Shown: positions 26,213 through 39,990, counted from the stretch's first letter. The stretch: 64,000 nt of DNA from Raillietiella orientalis (GCA_036172245.1 JAYWIR010000011.1:1550001-1614000), one strand, 5' to 3'. Numbers and translations: made by a program. Notes: generated from the letters alone by a model not told the origin.

Positions 26213-27133
26213 TTATGCTAATGAACAATGATTGCTTAGTAATTCTTTAACAACTCTTTTTTTATATAATGAATGTATGCTTATCTTGGATTGATGTTCC
26301 TTGCAAGGAACTTGATCTTGAAGGGAACCTGAAATCAGAAGCAACTTTACAATTAATCTGAAAGTATATGAAGTACTTGTTAGCCTTACTTATTGTCAGT
26401 GTTGGTTCATGTATCACTTCAACCTGCTCCAACTGTTTTAAATATTGGTCAGCCAAAAAAAAGAATAACTGGTCCACATTAATGTCTTGCTTCACTGATG
26501 TACGAATTAAGGGTAACCCTAATTCTCGAGAGAGCAATTCTGTTTCCGAACTATTGATTACATTTGATTTACCTCTTGCAAATGTAAAATAATGATCATA
26601 CCTGTGGACAACAGCCTGATCAACCAGATCCACTTTATTCTGAACAAGTATAATTGGTATGCTCCCACATTCATCTTCCACCTGTTAAAAGTTCTCATCA
26701 ACTGAATACGACAATTTTATCCTGACTTTTTTTTTCCATTTTTTTACTGATAGAAATGAGTCCTTATCAGTAACAGAGAAGACCAACACACAGGCTTGGG
26801 CTCCTCTGTAGTATGCTGTGGTAATTGCATCAAATTCTTCTTGCCCAGCAGTGTCCCACAGCATTAATCTAACCTCTTGGCCATAAACTCTAGGGCAAAC
26901 CATTAATATTTAATAATCGTGTACTCACTGGATGAGTTTTTCGAGAAAGTCAACACCAATTGTCTTTTTGTAATTGTTAGTGAATATTCCTTTGCAATAT
27001 CGTTGGATAAGGCTAGATTTACCAACAGCACCATTTCCTACAATAATCACCTACAAAAGCAAAAGCGATTAGACATGGATAAATTTTGCTCCAGAATCAC
27101 CTTGATTGCAATTTCAAAATCTTCTTCCTTCAT
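26213..27133 (-). CDS. RAB23: Ras-related protein Rab-23; multi-exon
   Basis: MKEEDFEIAIK|VIIVGNGAVGKSSLIQRYCKGIFTNNYKKTIGVDFLEK, VRLMLWDTAGQEEFDAITTAYYRGAQACVLVFS, LVQNKVDL and RTSVKQDINV match Rab23. The spliced last exon ends ...SNHCSLA* (CaaX), TAA at 26213-26215. An alternative ATG lies at 27139. Confidence 0.93.
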
Positions 27134-28029
27134 ATTCATAAATTTCAGGATCCACTGGACGAATGCATTTTTCTCATATATTGCATTTAGTCACGAACTC
27201 GTGTGCCATGCAGTTATGATCTCGTCCATTTATGATCTCGTCACATTGAACATTACAACCATCATTAATTGAATGTAATTACTACGCAGCACACTTCATT
27301 TGTGGAACTGACCGATGACCACCAATATCGCGATTTCCATAGCTGCCGGCTATTTCGAATGGCGATGTTTTCACCAAAAATTCACGTGGTTTCGAATGCC
27401 ATTGGATCAAACTGAGCCGAGTCAGCAGATTAATGGTTTGGAACTGTCGAAGCGTGGAGGTATGCAAATCAAAGTTTCTTACAGATACACTTTTTCTCCT
27501 TCAGAAAGAAAACCGATGGAATTCAGTGCTTTGCATACACCTTCTACATTCTGAAACAAGTGTACAGGGTAATTTGAAAAGTAGGCAGCATGCATCATCG
27601 ATGTATGATGGTGAGATTCATTGCCAAATGAAAGCAACATCGAGTGAATCGAAAATGTGGAAAACGATACATTAAATATGCCACGTTTCCAGTGGAATAT
27701 AGAGTGGTTTCCACTTCCCATAATTGCGTGAATTAAGTATTTATTCACAAACGTTGCTTGAATCTATGATTCGAATGCGGTGGATACAAATATGTAACCG
27801 AATCTGTTGAGCAGTTGGGGGTGGGCTGTGAGGTGGAGGAAAAATTTCAGTTTAGAGAGTTTCTGAAGAACCAAAACGGTTTGGAACAGCTTCCTTTGGG
27901 TGGGAAGCATTTTACGAAACGGGGGAATTTTTGTAGGAATTTTTTTTTTTTTTTTAATAACTCTTGGGTTCATGTAGGGGAAAATCCAGTTTCATGTAAA
28001 AGTACATAACCATATAAATCCCGAAATAT

Positions 28030-28260
28030 GTGTAGAATATTTACATTGCAGCCCATTTCGTTGATGTGGTTTCCACAAATTCCAATCCCCTCGGCAAAGA
28101 GCTCGATGATATCCACATGCAGTTCTCAGCTCGGCTCCTGGAAAATGAAAGAACATTTACTGAGAAATCAGAATTGGCACGAAATCCTCGTTCGGCAGCA
28201 GAGAACTCACGGTGGAACGTTATTCTGACAACCGCATCCACGCACGAGCAACACCTACAT
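28030..28260 (+). mobile_element. Possible hAT transposase fragment
   Basis: YIAAHFVDVV (like C.aH.lnLvv) followed ~45 aa later by ENSRWNV (like TRWNS). Confidence 0.3.
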
Positions 28261-29299
28261 TAACAGAGTGTGCAAGTGTTTTCAAATCTCACTAATTTTT
28301 CTGGCAATTTCGTGAAACTGGCAAGCTCTGCTGTTGCTCCCAAGCGGCAGGACTCCAGGATGCTTTTCATCCGAAGACTCGCCCAATCTCGCCGATGTCC
28401 GATGGGAAGGGCGGGCACATTTGCTTCTGCTGAGATACCCAGAAGAAAATCTGGGGATGGAAATTTGATAGGGAGGTCGGGGACGATCGAATATTGCGTA
28501 AATATAAATTGCTTTTTCCTTCCGTGCCCAATCTCGGCCACGTTAGAACCGAGGCTGACGAAACCTGATCGAGGCTGTAGAGTTTCCGTGTGCATCGGCC
28601 TCCATTTTCATCTCAGTGCCTACGGAATTTACTGTAGATTTACGGTAGAACTCATCACTGGTAGAGCACACCAGCGTGACTTGTCTCAGTGGCTCAGCAA
28701 CAGGAATTTTTTCTACAAGCATGCTCGTCAGTATTCAATCAGTTAAATCGAGGGGATCCCCCAAAAAGGAAACTACTGCATTTTCAATGGATTACCAAGC
28801 TTAAAATTTATTCATAGGTATATATGTAAGATGAAGACAACGAATGAGCGTCCGTCGTAGTTTTAAGAAACGGCGTTTCGATTCGAAATATATCTTTACT
28901 GCTCTTCAACCCGTACTTTTCAAGTGAAACAGTTTATGCTTTGCAAGTGTCGTTAATGAGGAATTTAGCACGAGAACGTTAAGTATTCAAGTATAAGAAT
29001 CATACTAAAGTTTTCAAATTTCACCTATGTCAAAATTAGTGACCAAATTATTTGAAAAATCACCTATATTGCTCACAAGCAGGGAGTCCGATGCTGGACC
29101 AACGCGAGAAAAATAGGGGAAAACTACTTCGTATGTCCAGTATATGAAGCTTCGTATATTTTCGTACATCAACTTCGTATCCTCTCCCCAAAGTGATGAC
29201 TAACGAGATTTGCCAGCAGCTAAGGTCAAGCATGAGAATCAGGGTGATGTTGGCATTTCCTAATTGATTTACATGCAGGTATTTTGAAAAATTGGGATC

Positions 29300-30720
29300 A
29301 CTGTTTATAAAGTAGAAGTAGGCACTATGGATAATGAAGAAGAAAAGTAGGCAATGGAAGTGGAGGGGGACCTACGTGATGTGGCTGTGGTAAGGACTGT
29401 TCCGTGCTGGGCAATCCACGAGGAACTCGAACTTTCTGGGCTGAACTTTCGTCTGCATATCGTTTCGATCATTTCAGAATGAGTGATTTCCTCAGTGAAG
29501 AGTAATTGGAAGTCTCGATCAGGATTTTTTGTCCGATGCTGAGGCATGAAGAGCAACAGAGTGAAGTGTGCGGCACGCTAAGTTTGGGGTGTGTGGATGT
29601 AACTTTGTATTGAAACAGCATTTAATCGCATCTATTTGAGGACGAAAGTGGACAGTGTAATCACAAAGAGTACAAAGAGTCACTCCGGTGTGAGATTAGG
29701 TAAGCCGTAGCATAGTGGGTGTACCGGAAGGTGTATCCAGATGAGGTGGTGCTGAGGCAAGATATTGACAGTTGTGGTTTTGTCGTTTCAAGACGTGAGA
29801 TTATCAGTAGTGGACTGATTAGTGCTGGGGAATCACACTGGAAAAGAGGTGGCGGGTAGGGTTTGAATGGTTACGAGGTGTGAGCATCGGAGTACCTGAG
29901 TGGAATGAGGTGGAAATTGAAATTTCTTAATCGGATGCCAGTGAGTTAGATAAGGTTAGTACTGTGGACAGCATGATACAGTTGAGTGCCATTTAGTGAA
30001 GACATGCCGGAAAATTGGTATTTCTAGCCATTAATCAATGAGGAAATGGGGATGTGCTCTCTTTGTTTTGAAAATGCGGGTCGATAAAAGGGAACATAAG
30101 CTTAAGGTAGCCATCGCAGGGTTTTGATAATTAGGTTGGAGTTGATCCCAAGGTTATTCTGTGTACTGAATATAAAAAATGAGGTACTGCGTGAAGCAGT
30201 GAAGTTGTAATGGGGGAACGCAATAACTCCACATCCCCGTTGTAATCGGGAATGTGGCAACATTCGCTTAACATGCACCTTTACAAGACGTTTGCTTATG
30301 GAGGTGAGGTCTGCTCGGTGTTGGTAGTAAGCGGCTGAGGTATTCGGACTGTCCGGAGGGAGCCAAATAATTGGCTGTTCAATTGGTAGCATGAAAGGAA
30401 AACTGAAAGGCTACTTGGTCTCAAGGTGTTGAATTGAATGCTCTCGTGAAATCAATGGCGATGATTTCTGGGAACGAGAAGACTCTGGAACTCCCCTTTG
30501 AGAGTTGAGGGAGTGAGAAAATTTGTCGAGGCTGTTTGCTGTCCGGAAGGAGCAGTAAAGGATGCATCTTCATGGTTGCCTAATTCGATGGGAAGCATCA
30601 ACGACCTTGAGTTACCAAAGAAATGATAGTTTAATGGAGAGCTCGAATCAATATGGAAGTTTGCGAGTGTCCTCGGTGTTGAATGAGGTGTCCGTAGAGA
30701 GCGGAGCTGCAGTAGTGGTC
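29300..30720 (-). mobile_element. Old L1/Tx1-like ORF2 (RT and post-RT) relic, not GC-rich
   Basis: Frameshifted motifs in order: FNTEDTRKL (like LNTDYKL), IIAIDFTRAFNS (like DfsKAFD), LRYSDAH (like kYLG) and KTTTVNILPQHHLIW (like K.t.vNsl...lw). Many stops. Confidence 0.45.
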
Positions 30721-31099
30721 TCTCCTAGGTGATTTGACTTTAGATCGGAGTAAGCCAGTTGGGTATGGAATAAGGAAAATAGCTTCCTTTTATAAACAGT
30801 GTTTATTAAAAAAAAATCATGAAGCATCTGTCCGGCTTTACAGAACTTGTTTATTTTTTAGAATTCTGTGGAGAAAAGGGAAGCGAACTCTTTTTTTGAA
30901 AATTTATTTTCTTGAATTTGTTAGGCGGCTTACGCAAAATATATTAGATGGCAGCTTCTTCTTGGAAGATTTTCTATCACTCTAAGGATTTCTTTCATCA
31001 TTTCCCGTGAACAGTCTAGCTTGGCGAGAGGCGAGATTTTCCATAATTCCAGTTTGTCTGTTGGTGGTAACTTTTTATACAAAGGCCAGAATCCAACTT

Positions 31100-31380
31100 G
31101 TTCTACGCTGAGCACTGCATAATCTTAAACACTTTCACGCCCGGAATTTCAGCTCCAGTTGTCACATCCTTTCTTCATTCCAGTTTCCGAATTACAAAGA
31201 TCCTTTCCTCGGATGCATCTGATATAAGCAGCACTCTCTGCAGCAAAATTCTCTTATTTTCATGTTGTAGTCTCAGATTCCAATAAACGGCGATGATCTT
31301 AACTGAAGCTAAACGATTTTTTACATGAAGTTCTGTAAGTCATGCTGCGTCTTCTTTCAAAGGATCTCTTAACATCAAGG
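31100..31380 (-). mobile_element. Possible APE-endonuclease relic of a LINE
   Basis: ELHVKNRLASVKIIAVYWN...ILLQRVLL..ERIFVI resembles the APE 'iiaVY.P' segment and lies upstream of and co-oriented with the RT relic. Confidence 0.22.
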
Positions 31381-32599
31381 CAAATTTATCTTTAGCTTTA
31401 CAATGAGGGTTTAAGAGACTTTCCCTCGCCTCCCAAATACTACATCTAAAAGCGAGTGCTCAGAACAAATCAGGAAATTCCGTAGTACGAAGGAACAAAG
31501 GATTGTTTTCAGAAGAACAAGTTTAGTCAGGAGAGGACTTTCCATAACTGTTTGGTATTGGAAACCCTGCATCCGTCATCTTAGTATTATAAATTCAACG
31601 GGAAAAATGATGATAAATTTGGAGTAAGATTCGGGCTTATTTCAGCTTCTGGAAAAAAAATGCGGACAACCAAAAGGCCGTCCAAGTGGTTCCAAGGAAG
31701 GAGAACCTTCTCGAAACCAGGAAAAGTTCGACAGACTGCTGAAGATTCTTTTGGAGAAAAGTCCAAAAAAAGAAAACGAAATGAACAGTACTCGCTTTCG
31801 TACTCCTTTAAGATGCCCTTTTTGAAATTCATGAAACTGCAATGAATTGTAAATACGGGGGGCTCATGGCATCGAAGGGTTGGAAAAGGATTAGCGTTTC
31901 GTTGAACTTGTTATTGGGTTACCCCAGGCGCCTCAGCTGCGTGTTTGCAGAGTGAACGACAAACTTGCTTGCTGCTGCACTTTGCTTTTCTAAAGATGGC
32001 CTATCACGAATGTAAACAGAGTCGAGGATGTTTATGCATTCCATGCCTTGCAGTCTTTCTCACGTGAATCATTATTCACTTTCTGGGTATTCGTCGTACT
32101 CTTTTCGATGCACTGTACTCGCTTTTTGGGGAAAGGACTGAAGGGTGTGTCCACTATCAGACCAAAGGAGGAATTCCCAAGCCATATGATGAGAAAAGAG
32201 AGTTCACGCCGAACCCAGGAAAACAACATGTGATCTGCTTTCGGTTGTAGTCTACTGGTCCGACTGAAGTCGGGAATCCAGGTGAGGAGAACACTCTTGG
32301 AAGCAGTACATTGAGAACTGTAAGCTGGTTGCTGATCATAAGTATTCTCTGAGTATTCGCCAACGTCCAGCAGTGCTCCTTGCCCAGTGAACAGTCAAAT
32401 TGAAAAACGGCCGAGTGCTTCCTTCTTCTTTTCTCTTTCAGTATTTGAAGAACACGACGATGCTTTCTCGTCGAAATGTTCTTGCATTTCTGTCTCTTGG
32501 GGACCACCATTCTCACCCGCATTCTGCATGGAACTGTACCAGATCGTTTGGCAGCAAAGGATCGAAAGCATCTGGAGGCACACTAGGGATTCTAAGAAG

Positions 32600-34265
32600 G
32601 CAGAGAGAGGCTTCCAGAGTGCGCGCAACATCCGGAAAACGCGAACTGCCTGGGGTCCCTCTTCCAGCTGTTCCCTGGCCGGACTGGATCTGGCTCGGGC
32701 ATCCCCACGGGCAGGTGCTTGAAGTACTTTGGCTTTTCGTTGCGGGACTTCCACCTTGCATGAGCCTTGTCTTCAGAAGGCAGGGCAGGCGCCCGGCCCA
32801 TTCCAAGGAGGCAGGTTCCACTTGCCGGAACGGGCCGCGGTATGGAACATTTTCGTGGTCCCCCGCCTTCGTCCCCTGCTTTTTGTTTGCCCGCCACCAA
32901 GTAACATAAAAAAGAGGACTAAGCGCCTCCTCGGGATAGCCCTTTGAAGCATGGGGAGTTCCCGAGTCTGCCTGAAGGACTTGTGTGCTCCTAGTCGGAC
33001 GGCGGCTCCGGCCTCCTGATGCTAGAGCGAATGGAAGTGCAGCTCCAGTTCCGAACACTTGCCCTTAAGGCAAACCACCCACCTGGAGCACGTCTTCTAG
33101 TCCAGCAAGCCGCCGGCAGCGCGGGGCCTGCGTTCTTCCTTGCACGCCTTCGACGCAGCCTCTCTTACCGCGCACTGCAGATCCGGCGGGTGGCAGCGTT
33201 GACCAGGTACGAATAGCTGGATCTCCTGCTGCCCCACGAACGGTAGTGCCTGGTTGCAGGAAACCGTTCACACGTGGTTGAAGAACACCGAGCAAGGCCC
33301 GGAAAAGGCGCAGGGAATGCTGTACTGTTTCTATAACAACTGCTTCCAGTTGCGTGGGCAGGAAGAACTTTCCCTGTCGCAGCGCTATCCTCCCTGAGAG
33401 AACGCATGGATCCAAGTCAAGATGGGAGGTCTCTATGCAAATATCCGACCGGGTTGGAGGATGCGTGAGTGCGTGAGTACAGTTCCGTCAGCAAGCTGGC
33501 GGACCAGCTTGCTGACGCTGCGACTCGAGTGCCCTACTTCGATGACTTCTGCTCAGGGACGAGCTGCTGGGTATCCCAGAGGAAGACGTGCAGTGGTCCC
33601 CCCAGTGCTTCTGGACGGACACACACTCCCATTGAAGTGACAGGAGTCAATGTCGATGTTTCTGCAATGGGGTCTCCCGTGCAAAGTCCGCTGTCATCAT
33701 TGGACCCGGGTTGTGTGAGTCCAAACTGTGGCAGTTGCGGGGAACCCGAATCCCTCCTGCACCTGCTTGTGGGTTCTGTTGTCCTCCGGCCCCTCTGGGA
33801 ACGCTTTGCCACGACTCTAGGAACCCCCAGCAGCAACTCCAGGGACGCGATACCTTTCTGCCAGCAGTTTCGCTAGCAGCTTTCTGCTGCTTTCGCGGGA
33901 TTGTAGTGGCCTGCAAGAGGGGGACAGAGCGACAGGGATGGATGCCATCTACTTTGTCGTCCGCTTCATGAGGATGGCAACAAGGTGGCCCCGCCTGGAT
34001 AATACGCAGCACGAACTTGCCAGCATCCTCGAAAGGAACCCCTAGAATAACGTGAACTGCATTCCGCATCCTCCCAAGTTTGTTAATTTTCGCTTTCCTT
34101 TTGTTCGCCCCCTCCCCTCTGCTGCCGGGACGAACCCCCCACCGCTCTGCTTACCGGCAAACTGGAGGGTTCCATTTGAAATGAACGTGGGTGGACCACT
34201 TGCCCTACCACAAAAATTCTAGAGGTGTATTTTATCAAGTAAACGCCCCGGGGCACCCGGGTGAC
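32600..34265 (+). mobile_element. L1/Tx1-like element, ORF2 3' half + 3' UTR (degenerate)
   Basis: LKYFG, LPERAAVWNIFVVPRL..VCPPP..KRLL, GGSGLLMLERMEVQLQFR and zf-RVT-like PNCGSCGEPESLLHLLVGSVVLRPLWERFATTLG, then the ELASIL C-terminus. Terminal AAACGCCCCGG-GGCAC-CCGGG hairpin at 34241-34261. Confidence 0.7.
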
Positions 34266-36224
34266 AACCCCAACCGTTCCCTGCACAGGATGCGCTATTC
34301 AAATAAAAGCCTACGACTCTTTTTGTGACCTGATGTGACCATGTGCGGAAAGAAAACAAACGAAACAGTCCATTTTCAAAGGGAAAAGCCGGCGGAATTT
34401 AAATTTTATCAGATCCACGACTACGCAAAAACGGTATTTTGAAGCGACTGTTTGCAACCCCGGGGGTGTCTTCTCATCAACACGAAAGGTTCTGCAACTT
34501 CCTGAACTGCAGACTCCGAAACTACTTTTCACGCTATCACTGTGGACAATAAAAACCGTCATTCTCTAAGAATTCGTGCAATCGTATTTTTTCCGCTTCG
34601 CCTTCTGACTTGCACATCATTTCATTACCGATAAGTTCGTTTACCTGTGATGCTAATCCTCACGTCCAATCATATTCGTTCCTTCGGCTTGCGTCACCTC
34701 CCTTTCCGGAGCTCCGAATGGACGCGCGCTTTCCGCGGAACGAGCGAGGACATCTTTTTCCGAGATGTGCCAAAGGACCTACTGCCTGACAAATTTCAGA
34801 TTTCCGGTTCCGGCCAGGCGTGCTGGCCTTGACGTATTTCCCCTCCAACTGAGTGTGAATTCATGCATCCTCCCCCCTCCCCCACCTCCTCCCTTGCGAA
34901 TAGAATTCGGGAACCCCATATCCTCGGAAGTTTGCGAAGCCTGCGAAATTCAGTTCGGAAGTGCCCTCCAGGGGAAGCCATCAACAGTTCGGAAAGGGGA
35001 GAAAAGAGGGAGGGGAAGCGGGGAGCGAAACAAGATAATTAAACATGCTTTTAGTGGGACGAGCAAAAAACGCTGGAGCGGGACGCGCGCGCGATCTGCA
35101 GCACGCGACGGAGTTGACGGCGTCGCACCGGGGGGGGGGGGGGGTGGCGCGGAGTCGCTGCTGCTGGCGCCGCTCTTTCCTCCTTTCCTCCTGCAGCTTT
35201 GTCGCAGTCCGGACCCCGTGTTTACGGAGGGGCGGTTGAAGCTGAATGTCGATACGTGCGACGGCGGAAAACAACGGCAAATTAAAAAAAGCAACCATTT
35301 CGAAAATCGAGGGGTTTCGGTTTTCCTGTTTCGTATCCCTCCTCCCCCCCCTCCCCCCAAAAAAGCCGTTCGGAATTCCTCCTCGAGGTCCTTCAATTCA
35401 TCCCCACCTTCTGGAAGGAGTGATCTGAACCGCTCTTCGTTTACTCCTTCGAAGGGCATTCCTGAGTTGATTGCGCAGCTGTTCCGGAGGCGTTCTCCGG
35501 GAAGCTGCCTCTTGCTAACCGGGATTGGGGGAAAAAAAAATAAATAAAAATAAATGAATAGATGTGGCACGCGCGCGTCGGTGAAGGGCACGCGCCATGA
35601 AGCTCTGCTTCCGAAGGGGGCGAGTATTCCAATAAGCTCCGAAGAAAGAAGGAAGCTGCTCGAGGATTCATTTCTGCTCCTCCCGGCTGCTCGCGGGGGC
35701 TGCCATCGTCTGCGTCTGAGGGCAGCTGCTTGGCTGCAGCGGCATCCACTCGTCGTCGGCAAAAAAAAAAAGATCGGGAACCAGACTCGCTCCAGGACGG
35801 GGACTCCCTTCGAAGACCAGTAGGTGCGGAAGGAATGGGGGTCATACTGTGCTTCTTCTTAAGAGGGGAACGGGAGAGGTCCCAGCGACCACCCGGGTGA
35901 TCTCACCAATGTTCCAAAAAGATGAGAAAGGGGCTCATGAGCTCCAGAGTTCAGCGCCGACTCGGCTTCGATTTTGCACGGAGCGCACCTTCGAATGGAG
36001 ACTCACCGGACGACGCCCGATCCCTGCACCAGCCCTTGGGCTGCGTTCCTTCGTCTCCTCACTCGGGCGCGTGAGAAAACGACCGCGCTGGTGCGCCGCT
36101 CTGCGTCCAGCCACCCACCGGCGCCTTTGCTTCCACGAGCTCACACCAGAGGCGCTTCCCGAACGTGCTGCTCAAGGTGGGAACGCGAGGCGGCCAGCGG
36201 GAGTTCGCCGTCCCTTGCTTTCCA

Positions 36225-36535
36225 TCCGGCTGCGCCGGGGCGTTTATTCTTCCAATAAACATCTAAAAGATCTGTGGCTGAACCCGTGGTACAGCCACGT
36301 GCTAGATGTTGAAAGCCTGCGGGGTCACCGGTGTGCAGACCGGTGCGGTCCACCTCGGCAGCAGAGAGAAGGGGGTAAAACAAAAACAAAAAAATAAATA
36401 AAAAAGCTGGGGAGGGTGCGGGAAGGGATTTCAGTCTGCTGGTTTGGGGTCCGCCACATCCTTTGGAGGATGCGGGCAAGCTGTTGCTGGATATTGGATT
36501 CCAGATGGGGCCATCGCATCGCCATCCTCAAGAAG
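36225..36535 (-). mobile_element. L1/Tx1-like 3' end (ORF2 C-terminus + 3' UTR)
   Basis: QLARILQRMWRTP C-terminus, T-rich UTR, and AATAAACGCCCCGG-CGCAG-CCGG terminus. Confidence 0.6.
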
Positions 36536-36538
36536 CGG

Positions 36539-37100
36539 CCCGCGTCGGAGGCCTTGTGGTTAAGGCTTCCGCGTGTGGCACCATGCGTCGCGGGTTCGAA
36601 TACTTCGGCAGAAACTCTGATGCCACTGCGTTGTCGAGTTCCGAGTTTCTCCTGCAATGGCGCTGGTTGGCCTAATCATTCGGGTGTGACACTGGCCGTG
36701 GATTAAGCCGGAGGCCCCCAATGAAGGCTAGAACAATGGGAAATTGATCGTCGGGTCTTCCCAGGAATAAAGGAGTGGAGAGTTCCCCCTCCGGTCGTGC
36801 AACGGAGAGCGGACCCTCCTCACCGAGAACCCCTCCGATTTCAAGATGGAGCAGGGGCCCTCACGGGCACCTCTCCAGTTGTTCAAAGGAGCGGACCCCC
36901 CCCCCCTGTTGCGAGGGGACCCTCCGAGTCGTCGCCTCTTCACAGAGTGCAAGGAAGCAAGCGAGAGCGATTCCCTGCGGGAAGCTGCAGCTCCCCTTCT
37001 AAGTTTCGGAAGCTTCCCTTCGGGGTTCTCTTCAGAAGAGTGAACAGGAGCGGTTCCCTTGCGGGTTCCCTCAAAAGAAGCAATTCCTCAAGAAGCGGAC
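36539..37100 (+). mobile_element. tRNA-headed element, head + body
   Basis: CCCGCGTCGGAGGCCTTGTGGTTAAGGCTTCCGCGTGTGGCACCATGCGTCGCGGGTTCGAA (tRNA-His-like, GTG at the anticodon position). The body shares CCCTTCGGGGTTCTCTTCAGAAGAG..AGCGGTTCCC with other copies. Confidence 0.65.
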
Positions 37101-39260
37101 GGCGTATTCGCTGGCATCCCTATCACTGGGTCCTCCCGTCTCGTTGCTTCATGCAGCGATGATCCCGCGTAGGCAGCACAGGGCTGCTAGCGAGGCCGCT
37201 GGCGGCAGAGCGTCTCGAACGAAGAGGGGTCGAATAGCATCTCTGGGGTTGCCTCCGGGGGTTTCCAGGGCCGCGGTAAAGCGTTCCTACAGGGGCCAGA
37301 GGGCAGCACAATTCATTAATAAGTGGGGAAGGGATTTCCTCTCCACGCACCTAACACAGTTGGGGTCGACACCCCTCCGCGTCCAGTGGTGACGGCGGTG
37401 CTGCATGGGAGACCCCAATGCAGACCCAGCAGTGCCGACTGCTGCCACTTCATGGGGAGGGTGCGCGAATCCATGAGCACCGGGAGCCACTTGAGATGTT
37501 CCTCCGCAACATCCAGTAGCTCGCCCCAGCGCAAGAGTCCGTGTGTGGTAGTACTCGGGGTCGCAGCGTTGGCCAGCTGGCCCGTTCTCCATTTCTCGAT
37601 CTTTTTTTCCCTCCATGAGATCTTGATGCTAACCTCCCATTCTGTCGCGATGTCTCTGCCTAGATGCTCTCGGAGGGTAGGCAGTACCGCAGCAAGGGAG
37701 GTTCTTCCTGCCCACGCTCTTCTTCGGGGATCTTCGACGATCTCTCGGAGCGTGCGGTGGGCGTGCGGCCCGAACAGAGCTATTGTGTTGCGGACGTTGC
37801 TCCTGAGTCATCACCCACATGCGAACGGTTTCCTGCAGCCAGGCACTATCATTCGCGGGGCGTATGAAGATCGATCCCGTGATGGTCTTCACGAGTTTGG
37901 CCGCCCTCCGAAGCTGAAGTCCGCAGTGGCAGATGGGGCTCCGGAGTGCAATTTAGGACGAAAGTCCCGCGTTGTCAGTGGCCTGCTCGACAAGGAGGCG
38001 TGCAGGGCCGCACCAGGTGGTGTTCCAGTACTTCGCCATAAAGGCAACTATCCGGAACTGGAGCTGAAGCTCCACCCGCTCCAGCGTCAGGAGGCCGAGG
38101 TCGTCGTCCCTTGCGGACTGGAGGAAAACAGGAGTGGAGGAGCCCCCTTGCAAGAAGCCCACCGGTTCGTTTCCAAGCAACCTCGGTAGCCGCCCTCGTG
38201 GAGAGCCGCCACGGGGACGTCTGATCCCGCGGGGCGGGGGCAGAAGAGGAGGAGGGGACGGATGAGCTACGGCACTGCGGAGGATTCGGGGTCCCGACGG
38301 TGGACTGCTTGTCCTAGGTGCACAGCTTGCGCCATGGCCAGCAGCTCCCTCAGCGACCCTGCTCCCCTCTCACTCACCGCTGACCACTTTTTCGAGTGTA
38401 CGGAGACTCCCCCAGCACCTCCGGAAACCGTGAGAGATGGTGCAGCTTCTGGATCTCCGGGACAGTTTCCCTGGGAGGTCAATGCTGCCGCCGCGTGCTG
38501 TGGATTTCCAGGAGAGCCGCATCCAAGAGGAGGGAATTCTTCGAGGTCCCTGAAGGATTGCAGGTGGTCGACGCCGCTTCCAAATAGCAGCAGAGAAGCG
38601 CCAAAGAGGTCCCCCTCCCCTTTCCCCTCACCAGGGCCAAGTCCTCGCAGGGAGGAGTGCGACTTCCTCTCATCGGACGTTGTCCAAGACATGTCTACTC
38701 CAGCTGCTTCCACGGTCCTGCCTGCCTGGGTACTCTCAAGCCAGAGGGAACGGCGCCTTCCTGGAAGCGAGGTGAGGGAGCTTTCGGCTCTGCCGTTCCC
38801 TTTTTTTTGGTTCTCAAGGAGTGCTGAAGAGCCGTTCGCCTCCTTACGGTGTGTTCACGAAGCTCTCTAAGCACCGTGCACTCCACCAGAGGGTGAGTGA
38901 CTCTTCGAGTCATAGAGGGTGACCCAGGAGGGGACCACCCTGTGAATCCAGGAAGGGCTCCTGAGGAAGGAGCGAGTTCCTCTCACTCTTGGTAGGGGAA
39001 CACCGAAGAGAACCATCTCTTATTCTCTTATTCTCTCAGGATGGATCCACCCAGAGACGGAGGGCACCTGCAAGGGAGCAGCGCGCTTCTCTCCCTCTGC
39101 AGAGGCAACCCCCTGAGGGGGATATCAGCCAGCTCCATGGTTCGGCATCTGGGGAACCCGCACCGGAGATACGAACAGTTCGCATTCAACCCTCCCTCCT
39201 TCCTCCTCCAGCCCTATACCACCCGTGTTCTTTGAATGACCAGCGGACTTGCCGCCTGCG
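37100..39260 (-). mobile_element. Internally deleted L1/Tx1-like copy: 5' body + low-complexity ORF piece + post-RT + zf-RVT
   Basis: 39260->38780 matches the family body. Then DDDLGLLTLERVELQLQFRIVA..KYW and LPMKWQQSALLGLHWGLPC..HHWTRRGVDPNCVRC.ERKSLPHLLMNCAALWPL. Confidence 0.65.
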
Positions 39261-39579
39261 AGGTTGGACCGCGGTAGTCGGAGGGACCGCCCTCGAAACC
39301 CGAGTCGGACATCCCTGGGAAGGCCAACAGTGAGAGGACGAGATCGATGATAATGCGTGCCGCTTTTTCCGGAGAAGAATGCGGCCGACCTATTTGATCT
39401 CCCGGGAAAAGTTGGGCCACGTAAGCGCCTCGACGTGCTCCCTCCTCCCCAGTCTTGCTTTCCCGAAGAAAACTGGCCTCATTACCAGGACCTCGCCCCT
39501 TTTCTTGAAAAAAAAAAAAAAAATTTCCTTTCTACTGTTGCTCCCTCTACGGCCACAGCTCCGGACGGTGCTCGCATTT

Positions 39580-39990
39580 GTTCACCATTGTCAACCTGTG
39601 CGTGGAACTGCGGAAATGATCTGCAAGGGAGGCTTCCTTTCACCTTTCTGTTCGATGGAAGGGAAAAAAGGAGGCCAGCCGACTCGATCTCTTCTTCCTT
39701 TCGCCGTCTAACTGAGGGAGACCGTGGATTTTTCCTCTCCGCAGACCTTCCTGGGCTCCGATCTTGGCCCGACCTTCAGGTCAGGCATCAGATCAGCTCT
39801 CAGGCGGTTTCCTGGATCCAGGGCGCCATTCGTCTTCGATGCTTCATCCGGCCTTTCGGTGTCCAGCTGGAAGGAAGACCTCTCGAGGAAGAAAATTTCC
39901 CACGGATTCCCCTCCCCTCCTTGAAGTCCACTCTCGGGATTCCTGACGGTGTCCCGGCGGACCACGTCGTCAACTCCCGTGCTTGCCATT
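39580..39990 (+). mobile_element. APE endonuclease C-terminal/linker relic of the L1/Tx1-like family
   Basis: PFTFLFDGREKRRPADSI (like fTf....sRlD.i) and GVQLEGRPLEEENF (like W.lN..lL.d..F). Confidence 0.35.

Noticed and set aside
27332..27390. RFX X-box or E-box upstream of RAB23
   Set aside because: The X-box-like sequence is a poor half match. The single CACGTG at 27383-27388 lacks the shared flank and spacing, so it may be chance.
32380..32450. KRRR..FDCSL peptide similarity with 56500-56580 (both minus strand)
   Set aside because: Too short, with weak nucleotide similarity; cannot be distinguished from chance.
36539..36610. Functional tRNA-His gene
   Set aside because: The arms are degenerate, copies differ from each other, and all are attached to the repeat body. 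Treated as a tRNA-derived head.
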